64,000 nt of DNA from Thermoanaerobaculia bacterium. GTDB taxonomy: Bacteria; Acidobacteriota; Thermoanaerobaculia; Multivoradales; Multivoraceae. Made by a program: the position numbers and the translations under genes. This document shows, one piece after another, positions 38,500 through 47,001 of this stretch (the stretch's first letter is position 1; every line of letters starts with the position of its first letter). The stretch covers positions 1,824,001 to 1,888,000 of the forward strand of contig OY762911.1 of NCBI GenBank assembly GCA_963666565.1, in the 5' to 3' direction. The notes below the pieces were generated by a model that saw only the letters and a program-made list of their open reading frames with translations, searched no databases and was not told where the DNA came from.

Positions 38500-39846
38500 G
38501 TGGAGGCGATGCCAACTCAGCTAAGGCACGTGCTCTCCGAGCTGCTCGCCGAGTCGTTGCGGAACCCGCTTCCTCCACACACGCCGCGGCGCGTCAGAGG
38601 GCGCACGCGGTTTGCCGGGAAGGTCACCGCGGTGCTGGGGATGCGGAGAGCCGGCAAGACGACGTTTCTTCACCAGCTCAGGAGGGAGTGGGCGCCTGAA
38701 GGCGAGGCGCCGTTCCATGCGCCCTACGTGTCGTTCGAGGACGACCGGTTGACGGGCCTGGAGACGCGGCATCTCGACTTCCTTCTCGACGAGTACGACC
38801 GACTGTCACCCGCGGGACCGGATAGCGCAGGGGTGATGTGGTGCTTCGACGAAGTTCACCTCGTGCCGGGCTGGGAACGCTTCGTGCGGCGGTTGCTCGA
38901 CACCCGGCAGGTGGAGGTGTTCGTTTCGGGATCGTCGGCGGCGCTGCTGTCCAGGGAGATCGCCACCGCGCTTCGGGGTCGCGCCTGGCAGGTGCTGATC
39001 CATCCGTTCAGCTTCGAGGAGGCTCTTCTTCACCGGGGCATCGCCGTTCCGGGCGAAACGGAGCGACTTGCTCGCGAAGAGCGGGTGCATCTGGAGCGAG
39101 CCTTCTCGGCCTGGCTCGGTACCGGCGGATTCCCCGAGGCCCAGGGCCTCGACGCCTCCTCGCGCCAGCAGTTGTTGAGGGACTACGTGGATGTCGCCAT
39201 TCTGCGGGACGTGGTGGAGCGCCACAGCGTCGGCAACGTCACCGGGTTGCGGTGGCTGGTCAGGCAGTTGCTCGGCAACGCCGGCGGCCTGTTCAGCGTC
39301 GAGAAGTTCCATGGCGCGGTCAAGTCGCAGGGGCTCGCCATCGCGCGGGACACGGTGCATCGGTTTCTCGGCTACCTGGAGGACTGCTTTCTCGTCCGTG
39401 TGGTGTGGATGGAGTCGAACTCGGAACGGCAGCGCATGGTCAACCCGCGCAAGGTGTACCCGGTCGATACGGGCCTGACTCCGCTCTTCGATCGCACTGG
39501 GCGCGCGAACGTGGGTCATGCCCTCGAAACGGCCGTTCTGGTCGAACTGGACCGCAGGCGGCTCGACGTGACCTACGTGCGAACTCGAAAGGGATACGAG
39601 GTCGACTTCCTCGTTCGCTACGCCGACGGGCGTCGCGAGCTCATTCAGGTCTGCGCCGACGCATCGGACCCGGTGACTGCCGAACGGGAGCTGCGGGCTC
39701 TCGAGGCGGCGGGCGAGGCGTTTCCCGATGCCGGCAAGCTGCTGATCACCCTCCATCGAGACGGCATTCCGCCGGAGTTGCCGGCTGACGTAGCGGCCAA
39801 GCCTGCCTACGTCTGGGCACTCGGAGATCCTGACGGACCGGGTTGA
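38500..39846 (+). CDS. AAA_14 ATPase with DUF4143 C-terminal domain
   Basis: GMRRAGKT, FDEVH, SGSSA, LRGR, GGFPE, KVYPVDTGL and EVDF...LIQV. Confidence 0.9.
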   Translation: MEAMPTQLRHVLSELLAESLRNPLPPHTPRRVRGRTRFAGKVTAVLGMRRAGKTTFLHQLRREWAPEGEAPFHAPYVSFEDDRLTGLETRHLDFLLDEYDRLSPAGPDSAGVMWCFDEVHLVPGWERFVRRLLDTRQVEVFVSGSSAALLSREIATALRGRAWQVLIHPFSFEEALLHRGIAVPGETERLAREERVHLERAFSAWLGTGGFPEAQGLDASSRQQLLRDYVDVAILRDVVERHSVGNVTGLRWLVRQLLGNAGGLFSVEKFHGAVKSQGLAIARDTVHRFLGYLEDCFLVRVVWMESNSERQRMVNPRKVYPVDTGLTPLFDRTGRANVGHALETAVLVELDRRRLDVTYVRTRKGYEVDFLVRYADGRRELIQVCADASDPVTAERELRALEAAGEAFPDAGKLLITLHRDGIPPELPADVAAKPAYVWALGDPDGPG

Positions 39847-39940
39847 TGAACCTGGATGCTCCCGAGTGCCTGGGGGCGCGGCTCGCTACCGGTCGGCGCC
39901 TTCGGTGACGCCTCGGTCGCGTGGAAGCGGCTATCGGCGG

Positions 39941-41386
39941 TCAGCGTTCCCGGAAGCTGTACAGCTTCGTCCTGGTCCGCATGACCAGCCGGTCGCCCGC
40001 CAGCGCCGGCGACGCGAGGGTCATCTCGTCCAGCGGGTTCGCGTGGAGTTGCTCGAACTCGTCGCCGGTACCGAACACGAAGGTCGTGCCGGCCTCGTCG
40101 GTGGCGAAGACGCGGTCGCGGTAGGCCCAGGGCGAGGTCGTGAAGTGGCCGTTCGAGTCCTCGATCCGCGACCGGTACAGGCGTTCGCCGGTCGCCGCGT
40201 CGTAGCGGGCGAAGATTCCCCGGTCGTAGACGACCCACAGCGAGCCCTTGTACGGCACCGGAGTCGGGATGTAGGTGCCGGCCCGGCTGTCGTTCCAGAC
40301 GACGAAGTCGTTGCTCGTTTCGTCCTCGGCGAGGGTGAGATCGCCGGCGGCGCCGGGGCGGATCGCCGTGATCGGGCGGTTCCGGTCGCCGTGAACGCCC
40401 GACGTGACGTAGAGCAGGCCGTCGTAGGCGAAGGGCGTCGGCACCGGCAGCAGCGAGTGGCGGGCGAGCCGCCACAACTCCCGCCCCATCGTGTCGTGGC
40501 TGATGACGGTGTAGGGGCCGAGCGCCACGATCTCGGTGCGCTCCTCGTGCCGCCACACGAACGGCGTGCTCCAGGAAGTCCGGTGGTTGGGAGCGTGCGG
40601 CGCGGCGAGCCGTCCCCTGGCCGCGCGCCACATTTCGCGTCCGTCCCGCTTGGAGAAGGCGGCGAGGAACGGGTGCTCCTGGTTGTCGTTCTGGATGACG
40701 ACCAGGTCGTCCGTGAGCGCGGGCGAGGCGCCGGTGCCGAAGTCCATGTAGATCTGGAACGGGTCGAGCCGCCGCTCCCAGCGCAGCTCGCCGTCCAGCG
40801 AACAGGCCCAGAGGCCGAGGCCGGTGACGTAGACGAAGATCGTCTCGCCGTCGGTGACCGGCGTCTCGGATGCGAAGGTGTTCTTCGAGTGGCGGCCGCC
40901 CGGCGGCGGTCCGGCGAAGAAGGTGCGCCGCCAGAGTTCGGCGCCGTCCGCGATCGAGTACGCGATCAACTGGTAGTCGAGATCGACTTCGTCGGGGAAC
41001 TCGATGAAGCGTTCGTCGTGGCGCCTGAGGACTTCCTCCCAGGGAAGCCCCTGTTCCCGGAGCTCACGCATGAACTCGTTGCTGTACTCGGTGCCGAACT
41101 CGGGCCGCTTGGTTGCCTCGGTCGGTCTGGCCGCCGTGGTCAGGAAGACGGTGCTACCGACGACGATCGGCGACGACCAGCCGGAACCCGGCACGTCGAC
41201 GCTCCATTCGACGTTCTCCGTGGCGGACCAATGGAACGGCAGCCGGTCGTTGTCCGAGACCGGGATGCCGTCCGGGCCGCGGAAGCCGGGCCAGAGCGGC
41301 GTCGGCGCCGGCTCGGCGGTCTGCCCGAGCGCGGCCGCGATGGAGAAGGGCAGAACCAGCCCGGCGGCCATGAGGCAGCGGCGCAT
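39941..41386 (-). CDS. PQQ-like beta-propeller repeat protein (secreted)
   Basis: Signal peptide, WPGFRGP, GWSSPIV and repeated xGxELW motifs. Confidence 0.85.
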   Translation of the reverse strand: MRRCLMAAGLVLPFSIAAALGQTAEPAPTPLWPGFRGPDGIPVSDNDRLPFHWSATENVEWSVDVPGSGWSSPIVVGSTVFLTTAARPTEATKRPEFGTEYSNEFMRELREQGLPWEEVLRRHDERFIEFPDEVDLDYQLIAYSIADGAELWRRTFFAGPPPGGRHSKNTFASETPVTDGETIFVYVTGLGLWACSLDGELRWERRLDPFQIYMDFGTGASPALTDDLVVIQNDNQEHPFLAAFSKRDGREMWRAARGRLAAPHAPNHRTSWSTPFVWRHEERTEIVALGPYTVISHDTMGRELWRLARHSLLPVPTPFAYDGLLYVTSGVHGDRNRPITAIRPGAAGDLTLAEDETSNDFVVWNDSRAGTYIPTPVPYKGSLWVVYDRGIFARYDAATGERLYRSRIEDSNGHFTTSPWAYRDRVFATDEAGTTFVFGTGDEFEQLHANPLDEMTLASPALAGDRLVMRTRTKLYSFRER

Positions 41387-41427
41387 GGCGCGGATGTTAC
41401 CCGCCGCCCTGCGTTACGCTGCCCCGC

Positions 41428-42387
41428 GTGGCTGGGGAGGGAGTACCGACGGTCGCCGCTCTCGTCCTGAACTACAACGGGCGCGACATCACGCTGCAGG
41501 CGTTGGCGAGCCTCGAAGCGATGACCTACCCGGCCTGCGAGCTGATCCATATCGACAACGGTTCGGGCGACGGCTCGTCTGAGGCGGTCGCCGCCGCCCA
41601 CCCCAACGTCACCCAGATCCGCGTCGAGGAGAATCGGGGCGTCGTCCACGGCATGAACCAGGGCATCGAGCTCGCCGTCGCCCGCGGCGTCGACTACCTG
41701 CTGCTGCTCAACAACGACATCGAAGTGGAGCCGGACTTCCTGGACCACCTCGTCGCCGCGGCCGAGGCCGATCCGGGCATCGGCTGCGTCGGCCCGAAGA
41801 TCCTCTACCACGGCGAGCGCGACCGGCTGTGGTCGGCCGGCGGCCGCATCCGTTTCCGCGAGTCGATGACCAGGGAGCGCGGCGAGGGGCAGGTCGACCG
41901 CGGCCAGTACGACCGCGACGAGGAAGTGCCCTACGTGAACGGCTGCGCCATGCTGGTGCGCCGCAGCGTCGTCGAGGAGATCGGCCTCTGGGATCCGCTC
42001 TTCCACCTCGCGCTCGACGACGCCGACTGGTGCATGAGGATGAAGGCGCTCGGCTATCGCTGCTACTACGCGCACCGGGCCGTGCTGTACCACATGGTGG
42101 CCCGCACGGTCGGCGGCTACCGGGCCTCGCGGACGTTCTTCAACGGCCGCAGCGCCGCGCTCTTCGTGCGCCGCTACGGCGGTCCGCTCCAGTGGTGCTC
42201 GTTCCTGGCTTTCCTCTCGGCAGGCCTGTTCCTCGCCTTCTTCCGCGAACTCGTCCGCGGCAACCAGGGCGCCGTCATCGCCAAGCTCCGCGGCGTGATC
42301 GAGGGCCTCCGGGCGCCGATGCCGCCGCCGCCGCGGATCGATCTGCGGGAGGACCAGGCACCGGCTGCAACTCCGGCCTCGCCATGA
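41428..42387 (+). CDS. glycosyltransferase family 2
   Basis: VLNYNG, IDNGSGDGS, LLLNND, GCAML and DDADWC. Confidence 0.9.
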   Translation: MAGEGVPTVAALVLNYNGRDITLQALASLEAMTYPACELIHIDNGSGDGSSEAVAAAHPNVTQIRVEENRGVVHGMNQGIELAVARGVDYLLLLNNDIEVEPDFLDHLVAAAEADPGIGCVGPKILYHGERDRLWSAGGRIRFRESMTRERGEGQVDRGQYDRDEEVPYVNGCAMLVRRSVVEEIGLWDPLFHLALDDADWCMRMKALGYRCYYAHRAVLYHMVARTVGGYRASRTFFNGRSAALFVRRYGGPLQWCSFLAFLSAGLFLAFFRELVRGNQGAVIAKLRGVIEGLRAPMPPPPRIDLREDQAPAATPASP

Positions 42388-42402
42388 CAGTGTTGCCGCC
42401 TT

Positions 42403-42690
42403 ATGGTGCGTGCGACCTTTTCACTCGACGAAGCGACCGTCCGGCGTCTTCGGCGAACCGCGAAGCGGCTCGGCAAGCCCCAGAGCCAGATCGTCCGCGA
42501 GGCGATCGCCGACTATGCCGCCCGGTCCGGCAGGCTGAGCGAAGTCGAGCGGCTCAGCATGCTGGAAGTGCTCGACCGACTGCGGAGAGAGCATGTGGCA
42601 GGCTCGGCGGATGCGGTCGACGCTGAGTTGCGCGCGATCCGCGAATCCCGCCGGGTCGGCTGGGACCGCGAGTCGGAGATCGGCCAGTAG
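42403..42690 (+). CDS. ribbon-helix-helix (CopG-like) protein, probable orphan VapB-type antitoxin
   Basis: MVRATFSLDEATVRRL...PQSQIVREAI. No PIN toxin follows. Confidence 0.78.
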   Translation: MVRATFSLDEATVRRLRRTAKRLGKPQSQIVREAIADYAARSGRLSEVERLSMLEVLDRLRREHVAGSADAVDAELRAIRESRRVGWDRESEIGQ

Positions 42691-42798
42691 GCCTCGCGGC
42701 CGAGACGCTCGGCAGGGGCTCGCGCCGAAACCGTCGACGTGCCTTGACTGCTTGGATTTGGCTGTGCCGGTCCGTCAAGTCGGAGTGGCCGATTCGCC

Positions 42799-43323
42799 AT
42801 GCTGAAGAACCTGCGTGAGGACACGCGGCGACTCCGCGCGATCAAGACCAAGCCGTTCCCCTTCTACGTGCTCGAGTCGCTGCTGTTCGAGAACGGCTAC
42901 CAGGCGGTCGTCCTCCACCGGATGGCGCACTGGTTCAAGCGCCGCGGCATCCCGGTACTGGGGCCGTTCCTGGCCCGGCTGTCGCTGTTTCTCACCAGCG
43001 TCGACATCGCGCCGGGGGCGCGCATCGGACCGGGTCTCTTCATCAGCCACGGCACCGGCCTGGTGATCGGCAACGGCGTCCGCATCGGCCGCAACGGCAC
43101 GTTGCTTCACCAGGTCACCATCGGCGCGCCGACCGCCAGGCGGCTGGACCAGATGCCGAACCTCGGCGACAACGTCTTCGTCGGCGCCGGCAGCCGGCTG
43201 CTGGGCCGCATCGAGATCGGCGACGACGTCTTCATTGGCGTCAACTGCGTCGTGACGGAGGACATCCCGGCGGGCACGAAGGTCACGACGGCGGCGGGCC
43301 TGACGCTGGACGCGGGCGGTTAG
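42799..43323 (+). CDS. serine acetyltransferase-like hexapeptide acyltransferase
   Basis: VDIAPGARIGPGLFISHGTGLVIG, HQVTIG and GDNVFVGAG. Short form typical of glycan loci. Confidence 0.82.
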   Translation: MLKNLREDTRRLRAIKTKPFPFYVLESLLFENGYQAVVLHRMAHWFKRRGIPVLGPFLARLSLFLTSVDIAPGARIGPGLFISHGTGLVIGNGVRIGRNGTLLHQVTIGAPTARRLDQMPNLGDNVFVGAGSRLLGRIEIGDDVFIGVNCVVTEDIPAGTKVTTAAGLTLDAGG

Positions 43324-43487
43324 CGACGGGGCGATTCCCGGAAGAGGCAGGCGCCAGGCCGCGGATCGACCATGAGTAGCGCCCACCGGCCGACCCTCCT
43401 TTCCGGGCGGCCGTTCGGCGTGCCCGGGCGACGCACGGCCATGTATTCTCGACTCGCGTGCGGGGCCGTTGCCCGCGTGTCTCCGCG

Positions 43488-44960
43488 ATGGTGGCAGTCG
43501 AGCATCAGGTAACCGACCGGAAGGCCCGGGGGGCCTACTACACGCCGCCCGAGACGGCGGCCGCCCTCGTCCGCTGGGCGGTTCGGAGCCCGGATGAACA
43601 CCTGCTGGACCCGTCCTGCGGCGACGGCCGGTTCCTGGCGCTGCACCCGCGGAGTACCGGCGTCGATTGCGACGCGTCCGCGGTGTCGAGCGCCGCAGCG
43701 GCGGCGCCTCGCGGAAGCGTGGAGTGCGCGGACTTCTTCGATTGGGCCGATGCGACCTCGCAACGCTTCGATTGCGCCGCCGGCAATCCGCCGTTCATCC
43801 GCTACCAGCGGTTCACCGGCGAAACGCGACGGCAGGCCCTGAAACTCTGCGCCACCCTGGGCGCCAAGTTGTCGGGGCTTTCGTCGTCCTGGGCGCCGTA
43901 CCTGATCGTGACCGCCTCTCTGCTTCGGCCCGGCGGCCGGATGGCGTTCGTCGTGCCCGCAGAGATCGGCCATGCTCCGTACGCGGCCCCGGTTCTCGAC
44001 TGGTTCGCCCGCCACTTCGACGAGGTGCGGTTGGTCGCCGTCCGGCAGAAGCTGTTCGCGGACCTGTCGGAGGACGTCTGGCTGCTCTACGCCGACGGCT
44101 TCGGCGGGCGGACGGGCCACTTCGATCTCGCGCTCCACGAGCGGTTCGTGTTCCGGTCCGAACCGCCGGTCGTCGACACCCGCGTCTCGGTCCGGGAGTG
44201 GCGGCGGTGGGGCTCCCGACTGCGGCCGATGCTGTTGCCGAGCCGGATTCGCGACGCGTACGAGAGCCTCAGAGACTCCGAGTCGACAGCGGCTCTCGGC
44301 GACCTGGCCGGCGTGGGCATCGGCTACGTCTCTGGCGCCAACGACTTCTTCCACTTGCGCCCGTCCGAAGCGGACGAACTGGGAATCGCGCGGGAGCTGT
44401 TCCGTCCCACGGTGCGTAGCGGCCGGGAACTTCGGGGAGAAGCGATCACGCACGAGACGGTTGCAGGCTGGCGAACGGACGACCGGCCGAACTTCCTGCT
44501 CGCGCTCGGTCCCGAGACGCCCCTGCCCGACGCGGTCAGTCGGTATCTGGATTCGCCTCGCGGAGTTGAAGTCCGGCGGCGCTACAAGTGCCGTGTTCGA
44601 ACTCCCTGGTACGCGGTGCCCCATGCGGCAGTGCCCGACCTCTTTCTCTCATACATGAGCGGAGACGGGCCCGCCCTGGTCGAGAACCGGGCGCAATGCA
44701 CCTGTACCAACGCGGTCCACGGCGTTCGCCTCAACGGCAGTGGCGTTGCCGCGTCTCGCCTCCGGCAGCGGTGGGAGACGACTCTGACGAGCCTCAGTTG
44801 CGAGATAGAGGGCCACCCGCTGGGCGGCGGCGTGCTGAAGCTGGAGCCTCGCGAAGCCCTCAACGTGCTGGTTAGCCTGAAGGGCGATCTCGAAGCCGAC
44901 GATGAGCGCGACCTGCAGGAAGGGGCCGAGATCCTGCGCCGCTGGCGGCACTGTGGCTAG
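43488..44960 (+). CDS. N6-adenine DNA methyltransferase (gamma class, Eco57I-like domain)
   Basis: GAYYTP, motif I LDPSCGDG, motif IV GNPPF and C-terminal GGGVLKLEP. Confidence 0.88.
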   Translation: MVAVEHQVTDRKARGAYYTPPETAAALVRWAVRSPDEHLLDPSCGDGRFLALHPRSTGVDCDASAVSSAAAAAPRGSVECADFFDWADATSQRFDCAAGNPPFIRYQRFTGETRRQALKLCATLGAKLSGLSSSWAPYLIVTASLLRPGGRMAFVVPAEIGHAPYAAPVLDWFARHFDEVRLVAVRQKLFADLSEDVWLLYADGFGGRTGHFDLALHERFVFRSEPPVVDTRVSVREWRRWGSRLRPMLLPSRIRDAYESLRDSESTAALGDLAGVGIGYVSGANDFFHLRPSEADELGIARELFRPTVRSGRELRGEAITHETVAGWRTDDRPNFLLALGPETPLPDAVSRYLDSPRGVEVRRRYKCRVRTPWYAVPHAAVPDLFLSYMSGDGPALVENRAQCTCTNAVHGVRLNGSGVAASRLRQRWETTLTSLSCEIEGHPLGGGVLKLEPREALNVLVSLKGDLEADDERDLQEGAEILRRWRHCG

Positions 44961-45092
44961 GCTGTACGCTGAGCCGAAGCTGGCGAAGCGGATCGTGCGG
45001 CTGGTGTGGCGGGCCGACTCTCCGGCGTTCGCAGAACCGTTGGCGGCGGCGTTCGTGCCGCGGTTGGGCCGCTGAGGTCATCGGGTCGCGAG

Positions 45093-45671
45093 ATGCCGCG
45101 GCGCGTCACCTACCAACTCAGGATCGATCTGAACGGAACGAAGCCCCCAATCTGGCGGCGGGTTCTCGTGCCGTCTTCACTCCCGCTTGACCGCCTGCAC
45201 GAGGTCGTCCAAGTGGCCATGGGTTGGCTCGACGTACACCTCCACATGTTCGTCAAGGGCACGCAGACTTATGCTGTCCCGAACCCTTGGGATGACGATT
45301 GGACGCTTCCCGGAATGCCGGCGACTCTCGACGAAAGAAAACACCGGGTCGGTCAACTTCTCAAGCGCAAGAAAGACTGGATCAGGTACGAGTACGACTT
45401 CGGCGACGGATGGGAGCACCGGATCACGCTCCAGAAGATCCTCCCGCACGACCCGGCTCTCCCTCTCCCGGCATGCACTGGCGGGAAGCGGCACTGTCCG
45501 CCTGAAGACTGCGGCGGCGTTTGGGGCTACTACCACAACCTGGAAGTCCTGAAGGACCCGAAGCACGAGGAGTACGAACACATCCGGGAGTGGATGGGCC
45601 CCGGTTTCGACGCGGAGGAGTTCAGCGTCGAAGAGGTCAACGAAGTGCTCCGTTCAATGGACCCCTCGTGA
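45093..45671 (+). CDS. pRiA4b ORF-3 family protein
   Basis: PPIWRR, LHEVVQVAMGW...HLH, YEYDFGDGWEH and CPPEDCGG. Confidence 0.9.
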   Translation: MPRRVTYQLRIDLNGTKPPIWRRVLVPSSLPLDRLHEVVQVAMGWLDVHLHMFVKGTQTYAVPNPWDDDWTLPGMPATLDERKHRVGQLLKRKKDWIRYEYDFGDGWEHRITLQKILPHDPALPLPACTGGKRHCPPEDCGGVWGYYHNLEVLKDPKHEEYEHIREWMGPGFDAEEFSVEEVNEVLRSMDPS

Positions 45672-45704
45672 AGCCGTTTCAGCGACCCTGGTTCTGGAGC
45701 GGGG

Positions 45705-46697
45705 TCAGGCGCTGTACAGAATCCGCTCGCCGGCATCTTCCCGCCGTAGCTCTCCCAGGTCCTCCAGCCACCGCAGGTGGGCGATCGCTTCGCCGGTCGC
45801 GAACCAGCGCTGCATGATGGGGAAGTCCTCCCAGGACTCGGCGCGGATGTCCCAGGTCATCTCGCTGGCGGTCTGGTAGGCGTTGCGGCCGCCGTTGCGC
45901 CGCAGGATGTCGATGACCTCCTGGCCGCGCGTTTCGTGGTGCTCGCGTAGTTCGCGGCAGCGGCCCTTGAAGTCGTGGATCAGGCTGCGGTGGCCGGGCA
46001 GGCAGAGGTCGACGTCGAGCGCTTCGACCTTGGCGACGCTGTCGAGGTAGAGGCCCAACGGGTCGTGGTCGTCGGCCCAGGCCTGGATGTTGGGCGTGAT
46101 GTCGCCGAGGATGTGGTCGCCGGCGATGAACAGGCGCTTCGCCCGGTCGTAGAGCGAGATGTGGCCGAAGGTGTGGCCCGGCGTGTCGATGACCTCGAGG
46201 CGGTAGCCGGCGATCTCGACCACGTCGCCTTCGTGGAGCGGCGCGTACTCGATGCGGCGGCTGCCGCTGAAGCGGGCGCCCGGATGCCGCCGGAAGCTCT
46301 CGGCCAGCTCGTCGGGCGGGAAGCCGCTCCGCCTCAAGTACACCCCCATCGGGCTGTTCTCGGACCAGCCGCCGTGGGCACGGCCCATCGCTGCGGCGTC
46401 GATGGCGCCCATCGATGCGGTGCGGCCGGGTTGCAGCAGTTCCGGGATCAGGCCGTGGTGGTCCGCGTGCAGATGAGTGGCGAGGAAGTCCGTCTTCGCC
46501 AAATCGACCCCAATCTCGTCGAGCCCCGCGGTCAGGACCTCCCGGCACTCGGGCCGGTTCATCCCGGTGTCGATGACGAGCCACCGGTCGTCCTCGGCGA
46601 GGACGTAGCAGTTCACCTCCTTGAGCGGGTTCCGCGGCAGCGGGACGACGACCCGGTAGAGCGAGTCGAGAACCTTCTCGGCGGCTGGTTCCGTCAC
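45705..46697 (-). CDS. MBL-fold metallo-hydrolase with C-terminal wHTH-like tail
   Basis: IDTG, THLHADHHG, TPGHT, GDHIL and LPGH. GTG start overlaps the stop of the Phd gene. Confidence 0.88.
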   Translation of the reverse strand: MTEPAAEKVLDSLYRVVVPLPRNPLKEVNCYVLAEDDRWLVIDTGMNRPECREVLTAGLDEIGVDLAKTDFLATHLHADHHGLIPELLQPGRTASMGAIDAAAMGRAHGGWSENSPMGVYLRRSGFPPDELAESFRRHPGARFSGSRRIEYAPLHEGDVVEIAGYRLEVIDTPGHTFGHISLYDRAKRLFIAGDHILGDITPNIQAWADDHDPLGLYLDSVAKVEALDVDLCLPGHRSLIHDFKGRCRELREHHETRGQEVIDILRRNGGRNAYQTASEMTWDIRAESWEDFPIMQRWFATGEAIAHLRWLEDLGELRREDAGERILYSA

Positions 46698-46897
46698 GGG
46701 CGCGAAGGGTAGCAAGCGGCATCCGGGTCGGCATGGCGCTTCACGCGCGGAGGCCGGTGCTCCTTCGGCGCGATGGGGCAAACCTCGGCCACCGGCTTGC
46801 CTCGGTAGGAGATCGTCACGGTCTTTCCCTGGCGCGCGAGCCGGACGACTTCATAGAAGCGCGCCCTCGCGTCGCGGGCCGAGTAGGTGATCGTCAT
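46694..46897 (-). CDS. Phd/YefM-family antitoxin (orphan)
   Basis: YSARDARARFYEVV...GKTVTISYRGKPVAEVCP. Confidence 0.8.
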   Translation of the reverse strand: MTITYSARDARARFYEVVRLARQGKTVTISYRGKPVAEVCPIAPKEHRPPRVKRHADPDAACYPSRP

Positions 46898-47001
46898 GTG
46901 CCGACTCTATCTGTCTGTCGGACCGCCTTCAGCCTCGCCGCCCCACGGCAGCGTCAGCGAGCGGCTACGATTCACGACTCACGCGCCTGGAGGAGCCCCC
47001 G

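Noticed and set aside
43488-44960. Abundant CTCGAG/TCGA sites taken as a clue to the methyltransferase target
   Set aside because: They are explained by common Leu-Glu/Val-Glu codon pairs in a high-GC genome. Specificity cannot be read from this window.
23720-46900. Integron-like cassette array explaining the scattered accessory genes
   Set aside because: No integrase, no convincing attC (RYYYAAC...GTTRRRY) sites, mixed orientations and intervening housekeeping genes.
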